Shown here: positions 36,960 to 50,700 of the stretch, in pieces
How positions within the stretch are numbered: the stretch's first letter is position 1
Layout of the letters: the number at the start of each line of letters is the position of its first letter
Source: Malacoraja senta
Taxonomy: Eukaryota
Length of the DNA stretch: 64,000 bases
Reading direction: 5' to 3'
Assembly (NCBI GenBank): GCA_038087875.1
Contig: CM075987.1
Span: 17,672,001-17,736,000 of the forward strand
Position numbers and translations under genes: made by a program
Notes under the pieces: generated by a model
The model's database searches: none
What the model saw: the letters and a program-made list of their open reading frames with translations, nothing else
What the model was told of the DNA's origin: nothing

Positions 36960-37675
36960 GGTGGCCACCGGGTGGCGCCCGTAATGGCCGCCTCGGCCAG
37001 CAGTCTGTCTTGTCCCTTCTCAGTTTTTTATTATTTTAAGTATGTCTTGAATGTTTGTTTTAATGTTTCTTGGTATGTTTTATGTGGGGGAGATCGGGGG
37101 AAACTTTTTTCCAGTCATTTACCTCGACGGAGATGTGATGTTTCTCCGTGTCACATCTCCATCCCCTCCTGCGGCCTACAACGTGGGGTGGTGCGGCCTT
37201 TCCTGGAGACCCGCCCGGAGCTTCAAGTCGTGGGCTTACCATCGCGGAGCCTGGGATCTTTTGCCGAGGATCGCCAGTGTTGGAGCTCCGACCGCGGGGC
37301 CTGTGGACTTTAACACCGTGAAGCCCGCGGTCTCCGGTAAGAAGCGGCCGACTCGGGAGCTCCATGCCGTGGAGTGTTCCGATCTGTCCCGATGCCGGGT
37401 TTAGAACTTCGCGACGTGAGGGCTTAAACAGCCGACCGTCGGCAACGGCCCGTTCAAAGGCCCCGACCACGGGTGGACAAAGGAGGAAGATGACTGAACG
37501 TTATTGCCTTCCATCACAGTGAGGAATGTTGATTCCACTGTGGTGGATGTTTATGTTAAACTTTATTTTATGTGCTGTGTGTATTTTTTGCTTTTTACTT
37601 AGTATGGCTGAAATTGCGAAAATCAAATTTCACTGAACCTTAATTGGCAATTAAATTGAATCTTGAATCTTGAAC
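36960..37675 (+). mobile_element. GC-rich non-coding retroposon with (TTGAATC)n tail, inserted in a CR1
   Basis: Shares blocks with 24070-24937 and 54851-55600. Confidence 0.6.
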
Positions 37676-38230
37676 CTCATCGATCACCTTTGTCACCCCG
37701 TCAAAACACTTGATCAAGTTAATAAGACATGGCCTGCCGTGTACGAAGCCATGCTGACTGTCCCTAATTAACCCAGTCTCCCCCAAATGGGAGTAATTGC
37801 TACATTGAAGAATCCTCACCAGAAGTTTCCGTAGGCAGGAAACGTGTTCCCGATGTTGGGGGAGTCCAGAACCAGGGGCCACAGTTTAAGAATAAGGAGT
37901 AAGCCATTTAGAACGGAGACGAGGAAACACTTTTTCACACAGAGAGTTGTGAGTCTGTGGAATTCTCTGCCTCAGAGGGAGGTGGAGGCAGGTTCTCTGG
38001 AAACTTTCAAGAGAGAGCTGGATAGGGCTCTTAAGATAGCGGCGTCAGGGGATATGAGGAGAAGGCAGGAACGGGGTACTGATTGGGAATGATCAGCCAT
38101 GATCACATTGAATGGCAGTGCTGGCTCGAAGGGCCAAATGGCCTACTCCTGCACCGATTGTCTATTGTCTATTGTTTATTGTGCCACTGATGTGAGGCTC
38201 ACCGGCCTCTGTTTCCCTTTGTATCCCAAG

Positions 38231-38343
38231 CTGCAGACGGACTCCACAGGAAGAGCCTTCTGGACGAGCTGACGGATTACAGATTTGTGTTCCCTTACGT
38301 GGTCTCTGGGAAGAGGAAGCGAAGTCTAGCGACTGTTCCCCAG
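38231..38343 (+). CDS. ADAM gene B, exon 2 (prodomain start)
   Basis: Acceptor tttccctttgtatcccaag, donor GTAATT, phase 1/0. Encodes ADGLHRKSLLDELTDYRFVFPYVVSGKRKRSLATVPQ, with the ADAM L..Y..V.P motif and a basic convertase site. Confidence 0.85.
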
Positions 38344-39284
38344 GTAATTCTTCCACAGTCGGAGGTCACCTTCCACAGTCGGAGGGCACGGGCGAGACGG
38401 GCCCATACCCGCCTGCCCCTGTCCCCAGCACAGTCACGGGAGGCCCACTGACACAGAGACGTGGTGGGTTTAGCACATGGACTGCACACGTCATTGGTGA
38501 GACCACACTTGGAGTTCTGGGCGCCCAGACACAGGAGCACGTCATGCGATTGGTTTAGGTTTATTATGGCCTTGTGTACTGAGGTACAGTGAAAAACATG
38601 AGTAAGCGTGCTGAAAATATTCACAAAGATTGACGTGTGGACCGAAGGGGTTGAGTTATAAAGAGAGGCTGGATAGGGTGAGATTGTGTTCCTTGGAACG
38701 CAGGAGGCAGAAGGGCGACCTTATAGAGGTGCATAAAGTCATGTAGTGGCCTTATACAGTCATGGAGTGACCTTACAGTTGTATAAAGTCATGGAGTGAC
38801 CTTCTTACACCCCCTGACCTTCTTTTCACCTTCTCCCTGCGACTGTGTGGGTTTGCTCCGGGTGCTCTGGTTTCCTCCCATATTCCAAAAACGTGCAGGT
38901 TTGTAGGTAATTGGCTTCTGTATATTGCCTCTAGTGTGTGGGAGTGAGTGAGAAAATGGGATAACATGGAACGAGTGTACCGTTGACCAATGGTCGGTGT
39001 GGACATGGTGGGCCGAAGGGCCTGTTTACATGCTGTTTCTCTAAAACTAACACTGAACTAATAACTAAACTCTACCTGCCATTCCTCAGCCCACTTGCCA
39101 GTTGATGGAGATCCCGTTGCAATCGTAGATAACGTTCTCCTGTGCCCACACTGACAGCTCTCCCACCGCCTCGTGGCCACTGGCCATCTGCTTGGCCCTT
39201 GCACAGGGCGTTTGGCCACTTGACCCATTGCCCAGTGGGAGTGACCAGGGAGAGGGCAGCCACTGACCATCTGCTTTGTTACAG

Positions 39285-39361
39285 GGCACGCATCCAGAGC
39301 ATGTCAGCATCGTGGTGGAGGTCCCGGGGGAGCGGCTGATCCTGGATCTTCATCGCAACAA
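39285..39361 (+). CDS. ADAM gene B, exon 3 (prodomain)
   Basis: Acceptor ctgctttgttacag, donor GTGAGT, 77 nt, phase 0/2. Encodes GTHPEHVSIVVEVPGERLILDLHRN(K). Confidence 0.9.
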
Positions 39362-39394
39362 GTGAGTGAACACGGCTGTGGAGGCGGGTGGGGA

Positions 39395-39548
39395 ACATGT
39401 GTGTAAACATGGCTGTTCATAGGGCAGGCACATGTGTGTAAACATGGCTGTTCAGGGGGCCGGCACGTGTGTGTAAACACGGCTGTTCAGGGGGCGGCCA
39501 CGTGTGTGTAAACAACGGCTGTTCAGGGGTGGACACACGCGTGTAAAC
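39395..39548. repeat. ~35-bp tandem repeat (TGTGTGTAAACAYGGCTGTTCAGGGG), ~4.5 copies
   Basis: Read directly; starts just downstream of the exon 3 donor. Confidence 0.85.
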
Positions 39549-40019
39549 CCTCCTCCGGCTGTCAGACGCCCCTCAGGAAGATGTGACGGGCTGGAGAGGC
39601 CACACTGTCTGCCCGGCCCGACCGCTGCAGGCACTCAGCGAGGGAACGCCTGCCACCCCTTGTGACGGTGGCTGTGTGCCAGGACACACTGGGCGTGCCA
39701 ACACGTTGCAGCTCACACTGTACCTCATACACATGACAATAAACTAAACTCAAATCAAAAGCTCAGTGCAGTCATACGTGGACTATTCCAGTCACCACAG
39801 TCGGTGCAGACCTGAGTCTTGGCTGTGAACTGCACCAGGGTAAAGTAAGGGATGCGTCAACTGTCTCCAACTCGGTACATATTGGTTTATTACTGTCACC
39901 TGCACCAAGATACAGTGAAAAGCATGAGTCTGCGGGCTACCCAGTCAAACCGTGCAGACATGACTACAGTCTAGACACAAGGAGCTGCAGATGCTAGTTT
40001 ACACACAAGAACACAAGGT

Positions 40020-40490
40020 GTTGCAGTAACTCAGGCAGTATCTGTGGAGAACATGGATAGGTGACCTTTCACAGGCTGCTGGAGTAACTCAGCGGGTCAG
40101 GCAGCATCTGTGGAGAACATGGATAGGTGACGTTTTCACAGGCTGCTGGAGTAACTCAGCGGGTCAGGCAACATCTGTGGAGAACGTGGATAGGTGACGT
40201 TTCACAGAGTGCTGGAGTAACTCAGCGGGTCAGGCAGCATCTGTGGAGAACATGGATAGGTGACGTTTCACAGAGTGCTGGAGTAACTCAGCGGGTCAGG
40301 CAGCATCGTGAGAACATGGATAGGTGACATTTCACAGAGTGCTGGAGTAACTCAGCGGGTCAGGCAGCATCTGTGGAGAACATGGATAGGTGACGTTTCA
40401 CAGAGTGCTGGAGTAACTCAGCGGGTCAGGCAACATCTGTGGAGAACATGGATAGGTGACGTTTTGTGTCAGGACCCTTCTTCAGACTGT
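40020..40490 (-). repeat. 66-bp tandem array (~7 copies) derived from the Penelope-type tail
   Basis: Unit GTGACGTTTCACAGAGTGCTGGAGTAACTCAGCGGGTCAGGCAGCATCTGTGGAGAACATGGATAG. A 3-copy array of the same unit lies in the opposite orientation at ~13602-13790. Confidence 0.9.
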
Positions 40491-41199
40491 TTGTCGGTGG
40501 GGGTGGGGGGAGAATAGAGCTGGAACAGAGGAGGAGCAGGATAAAGCCTGGCAAGTGATAGGTGGACACAGGTGAGGGGGAGTCTGATAGGTGGGCAGTT
40601 GGTCAAAGGTCAGAGAGGAAAAGACAAGTCGCACACAAGTTCAATATGTAGTGCAAAGCGAAAAATATCAGTGTGCAGAAAATAGTGTTACAGTATCACA
40701 GTAACAGCGAAACTGCAGATTAAAAAGTGCGAGGTCTTTAATCAGGTAGGTTGGAAGATCGGCTCTAGCTACAGTGTGGTTGGACCAGGACAAATTGTTG
40801 TTGATGTTTACACTTAGGACCTTGAAGCTCTCGACGATCTCCACTTTGGCACCATTGAAGCCGACTGGTGTGTGCTTTCCTGAAGTGGGAGGAGCAGCTC
40901 CTGTGTCTTGCTGAGATGAACGGAGAGATTGATGTCTTGACACCATCTTACTACACGTCTCCTTCCTGTCCGCCATCTTGTCATTGTTCGAGAACCGGCC
41001 CACCACAGCAGTGTCATCTGCAAACGTGTAGATGGGTTAGAGCAGTGTGTGGCCACACAGTCGTGAGTGTAGAGCGGGTACAGTAAGGGGCATGAGGGCA
41101 TCCTTGTGGGGCAGCAGTGGTGACTGTCTGGGGACCACCGTCTTTCCACAGTTCACAGTGCGGTCAAACCTATCCCTCCTCTCTCTGTTTGTGCCACAG

Positions 41200-41278
41200 G
41201 TTCCTGGTGCCGAAGGGGTTCCAGGTGTCTCACTACGACTCGAACGGGACCCTGGTGACGGAGAAGGACTTGCAGTCG
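41200..41278 (+). CDS. ADAM gene B, exon 4 (prodomain)
   Basis: Acceptor ctctctgtttgtgccacag, donor GTGAGG, 79 nt, phase 2/0. Encodes FLVPKGFQVSHYDSNGTLVTEKDLQS. Confidence 0.92.
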
Positions 41279-41829
41279 GTGAGGATTATCGGCAAACTCT
41301 GGCACTCACACCCGCCTTCCTTCCATATAACACTCCGTCCTCTCCTCTCTTCAGTTATTTCCTCTCTGCCACAAGGATGTTGCCATCCAGGGCCGCACAA
41401 GAAACATTTGGACAGAGACATGGATAGGGTTTACAGGGCAATGGGCCCAAAGCAGACAACTGGGACTAGTCCAGTATGCCAACCTGGTGAGCATGGACAC
41501 AGTGGGCTGAAGGGCCTCTTTCTGTGCTGTACCAAGTCACGTTCATTTCCAAACCTAACCCACTTTCAGCATGAATGACAATGTCTTCAGGTTACTCTTC
41601 AACAATAAGCGATGCAGGTCGGCCCAGCAAACACCATCATTGTCTACCTCCTCGCTTCATGCAGGGATAGAAGATGCAGGTCTGCACTTGTTTTAGCACC
41701 TGGACGTTTAGTCAAAGTGAAGAACAGCTGGGAACAGGCAGGGTCATTCAGCCCCTCGAGTCCAACCTGTCATTCAGTGTAGGTTTACACGGTTAATTCC
41801 TGGGATGGTGGGACTTTAGGAGGAGAGGA

Positions 41830-42297
41830 ACACCCTGTCCCCTGTCTCCATCAATGGTGTGGATGAGCAGTTTACCAGGGAGTACAATTAACTTGGAGTG
41901 TACATGGACAGTAAACTGGACTGGTCCAGGAACGCTGAGGCCCTGTACAAGAAGGGACAGAGACGGCTGTACTTTTTTGAGAAGGCTCAGCTCCTTCAAC
42001 ATCTGCAGTGAGATGCTGCAGATGTTCTACCAATCGGTGGTAGCCAGTGCCATCTTCTTCGCTGCCGTGTGCTGGGGCAACAGGGCGAAGGTTGCGGACG
42101 CCAATAGGATCAAGAAACTCATCAGGAAGGCTGGCTCCATCCTGGGGACGGAGTTGGATTCACTGGAGGTGGTCTTGGAGGGGAGGATGCTCCTCAAACT
42201 GCGGAGCATCCTGGACAATACAGCTCACTCCCTCCGTGACACACTGGTCAAACTGAGGAGCACCTTCAGCAACAGACTGGTTCCACCAAGATGCAAT
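41830..42297 (+). mobile_element. Rex1/Babar LINE fragment
   Basis: FLRRLSSFNICSEMLQMFYQSVVASAIFFAAVCWG. Confidence 0.8.
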
Positions 42298-43009
42298 TAA
42301 ATTCTGCAATGCCAAGATACCTACCCTGGTCCTCGCTTCCCTGTCTCCATATACACTTCTCCCACCATCTCCCAACACTCTAGTCAACATGCTTCTTTCC
42401 TCTCTTCTGTATGGTCATCTCCCATCCCTGAGCCGTATGTTTCCCCTTCGTTATATCCGTCCCTCTGGCTTTACCTATAACTCCTCCTCTTCTCCCCTCA
42501 TCCGATTTCCTGTTTCCTTTTCACTTGGCACCTTGTTCCTCTCACATTAGAGCCAAGTATTTGATGAAGGGGTTCAGACTGTCTACCTTATCTATGCCTC
42601 ATACGATAGTGGCATGAATGAGGCTTTAGATAGGCACGTGGAAATGCAGAGAATGGAGGGATATGGATTACGTGCAGGCAGGGCATTAGGTTAATATGGT
42701 ATCATGTTGAGCACAGATATTGTGGGCTGGAGGGCCTGTTCCTGTGCTGTGCTATGTTCTTATGTTAACTGCAGAAACGTAGTGGCGGGAACAAAGTATA
42801 GGTGGATAAGTATAGAGGGATAAGACGTACATGCATTTAAGAAACAGTTAGACTGGTATATGGATAGGACAGGTTTGGAGGGATATGGACCAAATGCAGG
42901 CAGGTGGAACTAGTGCAGCTGGGACTTTGTTGGCCGGTGTGGGCAAGTTGGGCCGAAGGGCCTGTTTCCACGCTGTATCACTCTATGACCCTATGACTAT
43001 GACTATAGG

Positions 43010-44530
43010 CAACATCTGATTAGGGACAGTCAGCATGGTTTTGTACATGGGAGGTCGTGTCTCACAAATCTGATTGAATTTTTTGAAGACGTGACCATAA
43101 GATTGATGAGGGCAGAGCAGTTGATGTTGTGTACATGGAGTTCAGTAAGGCGTTCGTCAAGGTGCCGCATGGTAGGTTGCTCTGGAAGGTTAGATCGCAT
43201 GGGATCCAAGGAGGGATACAGTAGCTGAATGGATAGCAAATTGGCTCCATGGAAGGAAGCAGAGGGTGATGGTGGAAGGTTGTTATTTGGACTGGATGCC
43301 TGTGGCTAGTGATGTGCCTCAGGGTTCGGTGCTGGGCCCGTTACTGTTTGTCATCTATATCAATGATTTTGATGAGAAAATGTACATTGCATGGTTAGCA
43401 AGCAGGCAGTGAAGAAAGCGAATGGCATGTTGGCCTTTATAACAAGAGGAGACGAATATAGGAGCAAAGAGGTCCTTCTGCAGTTGTACAGAGCCCTAGT
43501 GAGACCACACCTGGAGTATTGTGTGCAGTTTTGGTCCCCTAATTTGAGGAAGGACATGCTTGCTATTGAGGGAGTGCAGCGTAGGTTCACCAGGTTAATT
43601 CCTGGGATGGCAGGACTGTCATATGTTGAGAGAATGGAGCGGCTGGGCTTGTTCACTCTGGAGTTTATAAGGATGAGAGGGTATCTTATTGAAACATATA
43701 AGATTGCGTTTTTTTTGTTAAGGGCTTGCACACGCTAGAGGCAGGAAACATGTTCCCGATGTTGGTGGAGTCCACAACCAGGGGCCACAGTTTAAGAATA
43801 AGGGGTAAGCCATTTAGAATGGAGACAAGGAAACACTTTTTCTCACAGAGAGTGGTGAGTCTGTGGAATTCTCTGCCTCAGAGGGCGATGGAGGCCGGTT
43901 CTCTGGATGCTTTCAAGAGAGAGCTGGATAGGGCTCTTAAAAATAGCGGAGTCAGGGGATATGGGGAGAAGGCAGGAATGGGGTACTGATTGGGGATGAT
44001 CAGCCATGATCTCATTGAATGGCAGTGCTGGCTCGAAGGGCCAAATGGCCTACTCCTGCACTTATTGTCTATTGTCTCTTGTCGTAACTGATGACATAAA
44101 AGTGGGTGGTATTGTAGATAGTGAAGATTGTTATCTAAAATTGCAGCAGGATCTGGATTGATTGGCCAGGTGGGCGGAGGAATGGTTGATGGAATTTAAT
44201 ACAGAGAAGTGTGAGGTGTTGCATTTTGAGACGTCGAACATGGGCAGGACCTACACAGTAAATGGTAGGCCTCTGGATAGTGTTGTAGAGCAGAGGGATC
44301 TAGGAGTACAGGTGCATGGTTCCCTGAAGGTCGAGTCACAGGTAGATAAGGTGGTCAAAAAGGCTTTTGGCATTTTGGCCTTCATCAGTCAGAGTATTGA
44401 GTATAGAAGTTGGGAGGTCATGTTGCAGTTGTATAAGACGTCGGTTTAGAATATTGTGTTCAGTTCTGGGCACCATGTTATAGGAAAGATATTGTCAAGC
44501 TGGAAAGGGTTTAGAGAAGACTTGCGAGAA
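43010..44530 (+). mobile_element. Nested CR1 fragments (a younger copy at ~43397-44080 inside an older one)
   Basis: ORFs 43391..43738, 43726..43989 and 44162..44449. Confidence 0.8.
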
Positions 44531-44637
44531 GTTGCTAGGTCTCAAGGGAACAATTTTGGGCCACATATCTATGGAACAATGTGCTGGCATGGGAGAGGGT
44601 CCAGCGGAGGTTTAAGAGAATGATTCTGGAGATGATA

Positions 44638-44967
44638 GGGCGGTCACGGTGGCGCAGCGGTAGAGTTGCTGCCTCACAGCGAATGCAGCGCTGGAGATCC
44701 GGGTTCGATCCCGACTACGGGTGCTGTCTGTACGAAGTTTGTATGTTCTCCCCGTGACCGGCGTGGGTTTTCTCCGAGATACATAGGGACAATTTATTCG
44801 GTTTCCTCCCGCACTCCAAAGACGTACAGGTTTGTAGGTTAATTGGCTCGGTAAATGTAAAAATTGTCCCTAGTGGGTGTAGGATAGTGTTAATGTGTGG
44901 GGATCGCTGGTCAGCATGGACCCAGTGGGCCAAAGGGCCTGTTTCTGCGCTGTATCTCTAAACTAAA
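44638..44967 (+). mobile_element. Full-length tRNA-derived SINE (HE1/V-SINE-like)
   Basis: A-box TGGCGCAGCGG, B-box GGTTCGATCCC, and a CR1-like tail AAGGGCCTGTTTC...CTAAACTAAA. Confidence 0.85.
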
Positions 44968-44989
44968 AATGATTGGGATAACGTATGAT

Positions 44990-47745
44990 TTTTTAATTTA
45001 ATTTTTTATTTTTATTTTATTAGAAGTGCATTACATTACAACCAATTACATTAGTACTAATCACGTATATCTTATTACAATTAATGTACTCCGTCATTTT
45101 TTACACTAATAAAAAGGAACGGTTGAGATTAAGAAAAAAGAGAAAGTGAAGGAAAATAGTGAAGGTGAAAAAACGTGACAACAGGAAAGAACAGAGACCC
45201 TGTAGAAAAGAAATTAAGAAGAAAGGATTAAGAGATAGACCCTAAAGAAGAAGAAAAAAGAGGAGGAAAATAGAGAAAAACAAATACTTTATTATAAGCA
45301 TCACGCAAATGGGATATACCAACTCTCCAGCTTTCATCCCCCTTTACCTGACCTCAGGTTTTTTTTTAGTACTTTTGCACCCTATACTTGTAATAATTCT
45401 ATAAATACAGACCACGACAGGTGGAAGTGATCTGGTTTACCTGCCAGGAGGAGTCTTATCTCTTCTAGGTGTAATGTTTCAAACATATTTGAAATCCACA
45501 TGTTTATAGTTGGTATTGGAGCGTTTTTCCAGAATTTCAGGATTAACTTTTTTCCAGTTATTAACCCGTAATCTATTAATTTCTTTTGAAACACATTTAG
45601 TTCAGGGCTATCTTCCGTTGTTCCGAAGACAATCCATTCTGCTTTTGGTGTCAGTTATATTTCAAATAATTTTGTAAAGATTTCAAAAATTTCAATCCAA
45701 AATTTTTGAATTTTTGTACAAAAAACAAATGAGTGCGCTATAGTAGGTTCTTGAGATTGACATTTATCACAAATGGATGATACATTGGGGAAAATTTTAT
45801 TAATTTTAGTTTTTGAATAATATAATCTATGTAAAATTTTAAATTGTATTAAAGTGTGTCTTACATTAATCGAACATTTATGCACATTTAATAAATGTTC
45901 ATTCCACCTTTCCTTTGAGATTTTAATAGCTAATTCTTGTTCCCAGTCTCTTCCGTAGATGGTATTTCTACATTTAAAATAATATTATACAAATATGATA
46001 TTAAGTTTGCTGATTCAGCTTTTATCTGCATTGCTTCATCCAATACATCTGCTGGGATATTATATTGATCTTTTGTATATTTTTTCAAATAGTCACATAT
46101 TTGAAAATATTTAAAATATTGATTATTTCCCAGTTTATATTTTATTTGTAATTGTTGGAATGATAGTAATTTTCCAGTTTCATACAAGTCACCGAACATA
46201 TTAATTCCTAGTCTATCCCATTGTATAAAAGATTTGTCTGTAATAGAGGGATTAAACAAAGGGTTATTAACTATTGGAGATAAAAGCGATAGATTTCTTA
46301 ATTTTAAATTTTGTTTTATTTGTTTCCAAGTTCTGATTGTACTATGTATATTGGGTTTTTGTTATAATTTATGTTATTCAGTTTCATTGGTGAGAGGAGG
46401 ATCGCTCCAATATTACCAGAGGAGCAGTCCTCTCTCTCCATTACAATCCAGTCCACTTGCTGGGCAGAGTTGTCCATCACTTGGATCATATTTTAAATAT
46501 TTACTGACCAATAATAATACATAAAGTTAGGGAGTGCTAAGCCCCCTAATACTTTAGCTTTGTTCAAGTGTGTTCTTTGTATTCTATGGGATTTATAATC
46601 CCATATAAAATTGGTAATGTCTGAGTCCAATTAAAAAAAAAGCTTCTTTGGTAGATATATAGGAATCGATTGAAATAGGTATACAATTTGTGGTAAGAAG
46701 ATCATTTTTATTGCATTTATTCGGCCTATTAAAGACATCGGTAGCGTTTTCCAAAATTTAATTAATGTATTTAATTTATTAAGTAGAGGATCATAATTTG
46801 CTTTGAACATGCCTTGATATGTTCTGGTGATTTCAATACCCAAGTATTAAAAAATGTCTGTGGCTATTTTAAAAGGGAATTTTAAAAGATGTGTTGAGTC
46901 TTTCGGTTTTATTGACATAATTTCACTTTTATTCCAATTTATTCTGTATCCAGAAAAGGATCCAAAGTCCTCAATTAGATTTAGTATGTTTGGTATAGTA
47001 ATTTGAGGTTTTGTAATGTACAATAATATATCATCCGCATATAAAGATATTTTATTATTTGAGTATTTAGTATTATACCCATGGATATCTGGATGTGTTC
47101 TAATTTTTTCTGCTAAAGGTTCAATTATGAGAGCAAACAACTGTGGTGATAATGAGCATCCTTGTCTATTTCCCCTTGATAGTTGAAATTTTGAGGATAA
47201 TATGTTATTAGTTAATATTCTAGCTGTAGGCTTATTATATAATAATTTAATCCATAAAATAAAATTCTCTTCCAGTTGGAATTTTTGTAATACTTTATCC
47301 ATATAATTCCATTCTACTTGGTCAAATGCTTTTTCAGCGTCCAGCGAAATAATTGATAATTCTTGTTCTTCAATTTTGTGTGAATGCATTATATTGAGTA
47401 GACGTCTCATATTATTAGATGAATATCTCTTAGGGATAAACCCCGTCTGATCTGGGTTTATTAATTTACTAATATATTTACTTAATCTTCTAGTTAATGT
47501 TTTCGCTAATATTTTTTTATCTGTATTTAACAATGCTATAGCTCTATATGAACCCGGTTCTTCTATATCTTTGTCTTTTTTAAGTATTAGTGTGATCGTT
47601 GATTCAGTTAATGTATCAGGTAATATTTGTTTTTTAAAAGCATATTGATACATTTTTTGTAACCGTGGTATAATTTTGTCATAAAAGCTTTTATAAAATT
47701 CATTAGTAAATCCATCAGGACCTGGAGTTTTTCCATTCTTTATTT
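44990..47745 (-). mobile_element. 5'-truncated L1 (RT to 3' end), same subfamily as 211-1565
   Basis: ORF 46847..47653 (QTGF, SLDAEKAFD, RQGCSLSP, YADD) plus C-terminal ORFs nearly identical to 670..1173. Confidence 0.92.
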
Positions 47746-47774
47746 ATTCCATTCTTCCATTCCATTTTCCATTC

Positions 47775-50700
47775 TTTATTTTTTATTTTAAAAAAATAAA
47801 AATTATTAGAAGTATTTTACATTACAGTAATCTGCAATAACGTAAATTTATACAGTTCTTGTACCACTTCTGTTTTTCTACTTTAATAGAAAGAAAGGAT
47901 AGAAAGAGCTAGCAAAGACAGTCAGTGAGTGAATGAAAATGTGGTCCAGGAACACACATGTGAACCTAAACCACAGGAAGTGGTTAAAGAAAAAAGAAAA
48001 AAAGAGAAAAAAGAAAATAAGATAGGACAATATGAAAGGGATGCACCTACTTCTTATCTTTACTCACCCCTCGCCAGGTCCTAAAACCATTTATTATCAA
48101 CATTTTGTTGCACCCTATGTTTGTAATAAGTCGATATATGGAGACCAAATCTTTTGGAATTGGTCTTGTTTACCTGCTAGGAGGAATCTCATATCTTCTA
48201 GATGTAACAATTCCGACATATTAGAAGTCCACATTTTTATTGTTGGCGCAGGAGCATTTTTCCAAAATTTCAGTATCAGTTTTTATGCCGTTATTAAGCC
48301 ATAACTAAGAAAACTCCTTTGAAACGCAGTCAGCTCCAAACTTGCTTCTATTGTTCCAAAAATAATCAATTCTGCATTCGGTTTCAGTTTTATTTTAAAT
48401 AATTTAGTGAAAATTTCAAAAATTTCAATCCAAAATTTTTGAATTTTTATACAGAAAACAAAAGAATGTGCTATAGTTGATTCTTGGACTAGGCATTTAT
48501 CACAGTTAGCAGAGGTATTTGGGTAAAATGTACTTAATTTAGCTTTTGAATAATATAATCTATGTAAAATTTTAAATTGAATCAGAGTAAGTCTTATGTT
48601 AATCGGACATTTATGCACATATAATAGATGTTTATCCCAACTCTCTTTCGAGATTTTTATAGCTAGTTCCTGTTCCCATTCTCTTCTAATCCCGTCCGAT
48701 GATGGAATTTCTATATTTAAAATGGAATTATATAGGTATGATATTAAATTAGCTGATTCCGCTTTTATATTCATTATCCCATCTAATAGGTCAGGAGACA
48801 TATTTTGACATTCTCGTGTATACTTTTTCAAATAGTCACGTAGTTGAAAATATTTGAAATATTGATTACTATTCAAGTTATATTTAAGTTGTAATTGGTG
48901 AAATGTTAAAAAAACTTCCATTATCATACATATCTCCAAACGTTTTAATTCCTACTCTTTCCCAATTTATAAAAGCTCTATCTATCGTAGAAGGTTAAAC
49001 GAAGGGTTATTCATTATAGGTGAGAGAAGTGATAGATTTCTTAATTTTAACATTAATTTTATTTGTTTCCAAATTCTAATTGTACTATGAATAATTGGAT
49101 TTTTACTATATATTGTATTCTTCATTTTTGTTGGTGAGAGAAGGATCGCTCCTATGTTAAAAGGGGAACAGTCCTCTCTCTCCATTACTATCCAATCCAC
49201 CTGCTGGGCCGAATTGTCCAACAGGTAAATCATATTTTTGACATTTGTGGCCCAATAATAATATAAAAAAATTGGGGAGTGATAATCCACCAAATTCCTT
49301 AGGGTTACACAAATGTTTTCTTTGGATTCTGTGGGATTTATAGTCCCATATAAAGTTTGTAATATCAGCATTCAATTTTTTTAAACATTTTTTTTGGTAT
49401 TGACTGGAATAGATATAAAATTTGTGGTAAAAAGATCATTTTTATAGCATTTATTCAGCCTATAAGAGACATCGGGAGGGTTTTCCAGAATTTAATCAGT
49501 GTGTTTAGTTTATTGAGTAAGGGCATATAGTTTGCATTAAATAGAGATTTATATTTTCTAGTAATTTCAATTCCCAAATATTTAAATTTTTCTGAAGCGA
49601 TTTTAAAAGGGAATTTTAACAAGTGTGTCAATTCTTGAGGTTTAATCGTCATAATTTCACTTTTATTCCAATTTATTCTATATCCTGAAAAGGATCCAAA
49701 TTCCTCAATTAAATTTAATATATTTGGTATACTAGTTTGTGATTTTGTAATATATAATAGTACATCATCTGCATATAAAGATATCTTATTATTTGAATAT
49801 TTTGTATTGTACCCATGAATATTCGGATGTATCCTAATACTTTCCGCTAACGGTTCTATTACAAGAGCAAATAGCAGAGGTGATAATGAACACCCCTGTC
49901 TATTTCCCCTTGATAACTGAAATTTCGAGGACAGCATATTATTAGTTAATATTCTGGCCGTATTTAATGAATTTATTGTGTCTTCTAATTCCTTGATTGA
50001 AATTTGTGCACCCAATTCCTCTTGTTCCTTCAACTCTAACTTTTGAAGATTACAATTATCCAAGAACTCTGTAATTTTTTGGAGTCCGTTGTCGTTTTAG
50101 ATGTGTACAAATTCTCATAAAATTGCGCAAATCTTTTATTAATATCCTTTGGTATGGTTAGTAATTCCCCTCTATCTGATTTAATCTTTTGGATCGTATG
50201 TTCTTTTTCTTGTTTTTTTAGCTGACGAGCCAAAAGTTTATGCGGTTTATCCCCAAATTCAAAGTGTTCCTGTTTTGTAATTTGGAAAAGTCTTATAAGT
50301 TTGGCTGACAATAGTTTATTTAATTTAAATTTCAAAATTATTATTTCATATGTTTATCCATTGATGGATCTTTAGCATTATCTATATCCATTTGTCTAAT
50401 AAGTTCTTCTAACTGTCTTTGTTCATTCTTATTCTTTTTATTTTGAAAAGCTTGGTATGAGATTATAACACCTCTAATAAATGCTTTAAAAGATTCCATA
50501 GTAAAGTAGGCGATATATCAAAAAAGACGTCCATTTGTTCTTTTAAATATATACTCGCTTGCGGATCTTTTAGGATTTGAGAATTGAATCTCCAAAACGA
50601 TTTATTCTTAGACATTCCTTCCAGTTTTAAAAAGAAAGTTAGTGGTGAATGGTCTGAAATCGAATTTGTATGGTATGCTGGGTTCACAGTGTGAGGGATT

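Noticed and set aside
38172..38193. CR1 target preference for GCCACTGAT (seen after CR1 tails at 4903 and 38183)
   Set aside because: Only two instances with different spacing, and other CR1 tails in the window do not show it.
44638..44720. tRNA gene
   Set aside because: A and B boxes are present, but the sequence continues into a SINE body and CR1-like tail, and multiple copies occur in the window.
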